In this document: positions 63,115-64,000 of the stretch, one piece after another
Numbering within the stretch: position 1 is the first letter of the stretch
Layout of the letters: each line of letters begins with the position of its first letter
Origin: Mobula hypostoma
Lineage: Eukaryota
NCBI RefSeq assembly: GCF_963921235.1
Contig: NC_086109.1
Location: 23,314,001 to 23,378,000, forward strand
Length of the DNA stretch: 64,000 bases
Direction: 5' to 3'
Notes under the pieces: generated by a model
Told to the model about the DNA's origin: nothing
Seen by the model: the letters and a program-made list of their open reading frames with translations, nothing else
Databases searched by the model: none
Program-made: the position numbers and the translations under genes

Positions 63115-64000
63115 TAGTGACACTATTGTCGTAGGCTGAATTAATGCTGGTGACGAATCAGAATATAGGAGCTAGACTGAAAATCTGGCTGAGTGATGCA
63201 ACAACAACCTCTTGCTTGATATCAGCAATACCCAGGAGCTGATTATTGACTTCAAGAGAAGAAAACCATTGGCGAGCCCTCATCGGGGGATCCAAGGTGG
63301 AGAGGGTCAGCAATTTTAAATTCCTCAGCGTTATCATTTCAGAGGACCTGTCCTGGGCCCAGCACGTGTGCAATTATGAAGGAAGCACGGCAGAGCCTCT
63401 ATTTCCTGAGGAGTTTGTGAAGATTCAGTATGGCATCTAAAAATCTGACAAATTTTATAGATGTGTGGTGGAGAGTTTATTGACTGGCTGCATCCCAGCC
63501 TGGTATGGGAACACCAATGCCCTTGAATGGACAATCCTATAAAAAGTAGTGAATATGGCCCAGTCAATCATGGATAAAGCCCTCCCACTATTGAGCACAC
63601 CTCCATGAATCGTTGTCGCAGGAAAGCAGCGTCCATCATCAGGGACCCTCACTACTCAGGTTTTCTTTCTCTCCCTGCTGCCTTCAGGAAGAAGGTACGT
63701 GAGCCTCAGGAATCACATCACCAGGTTCAGGAACAGTTATTGCCCCTCAACCATCTGGATCTTGAACCAGAGGGAATAACTTCACTCAACTTCACTTGTC
63801 CCATCACTGAACTGTTCCCACAACCTATGGACTCACTTTCAAGGACTCTTTATCTCATGTTCTCAATATTTATTGTTTGTTTATTTATTACTTATTTTCC
63901 TTCTTTTCGTATTTGCACTGTTTTTGTCTCTTGCACTCTGGTTGTCTGCCCTGTTCGTGTGGTCTTTCACTGATTCTATTATAGTTATTGGAATTAATGA
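63115..64000 (+). mobile_element. Rex1/Babar LINE 3' fragment
   Basis: VERVSNFKFLSVIISEDLSW, RRKAASIIRDPH, and 3' UTR. Confidence 0.85.

Overview
Eukaryotic, repeat-dense vertebrate DNA. The repeat set (HE1/V-SINE-like and Deu-type SINEs, CR1, Rex1/Babar, L2, RTE, Penelope-like, Nimb, R4/Dong, Gypsy, Tc1/mariner) fits a cartilaginous fish, probably a ray; this is inference only. No intact protein-coding gene can be named, and almost all ORF-track entries are transposon fragments or chance ORFs. Host features: (i) a repeat-poor probable 3' UTR at 1-1910 (+); (ii) a CpG-rich, probably bidirectional promoter at about 49.9-51.4 kb with a ZNF143/THAP11-type motif between two divergent splice donors; (iii) a speculative minus-strand spliced transcript running from about 50.0 kb to a poly(A) signal at about 20.06 kb. 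Most notable structures: about 15 Penelope-derived termini carrying a minimal type I hammerhead ribozyme (best copy 59564-59599, minus), including ~100-130 bp stand-alone copies; an old Gypsy element holding three nested insertions, one an RTE with a twin-priming-type 5' inversion; an insect-like R4/Dong fragment; a mariner MITE with nested terminal repeats; and a local 219-bp inverted duplication. Family assignments come from recalled motifs, not database searches, and most element boundaries without TSDs are approximate.
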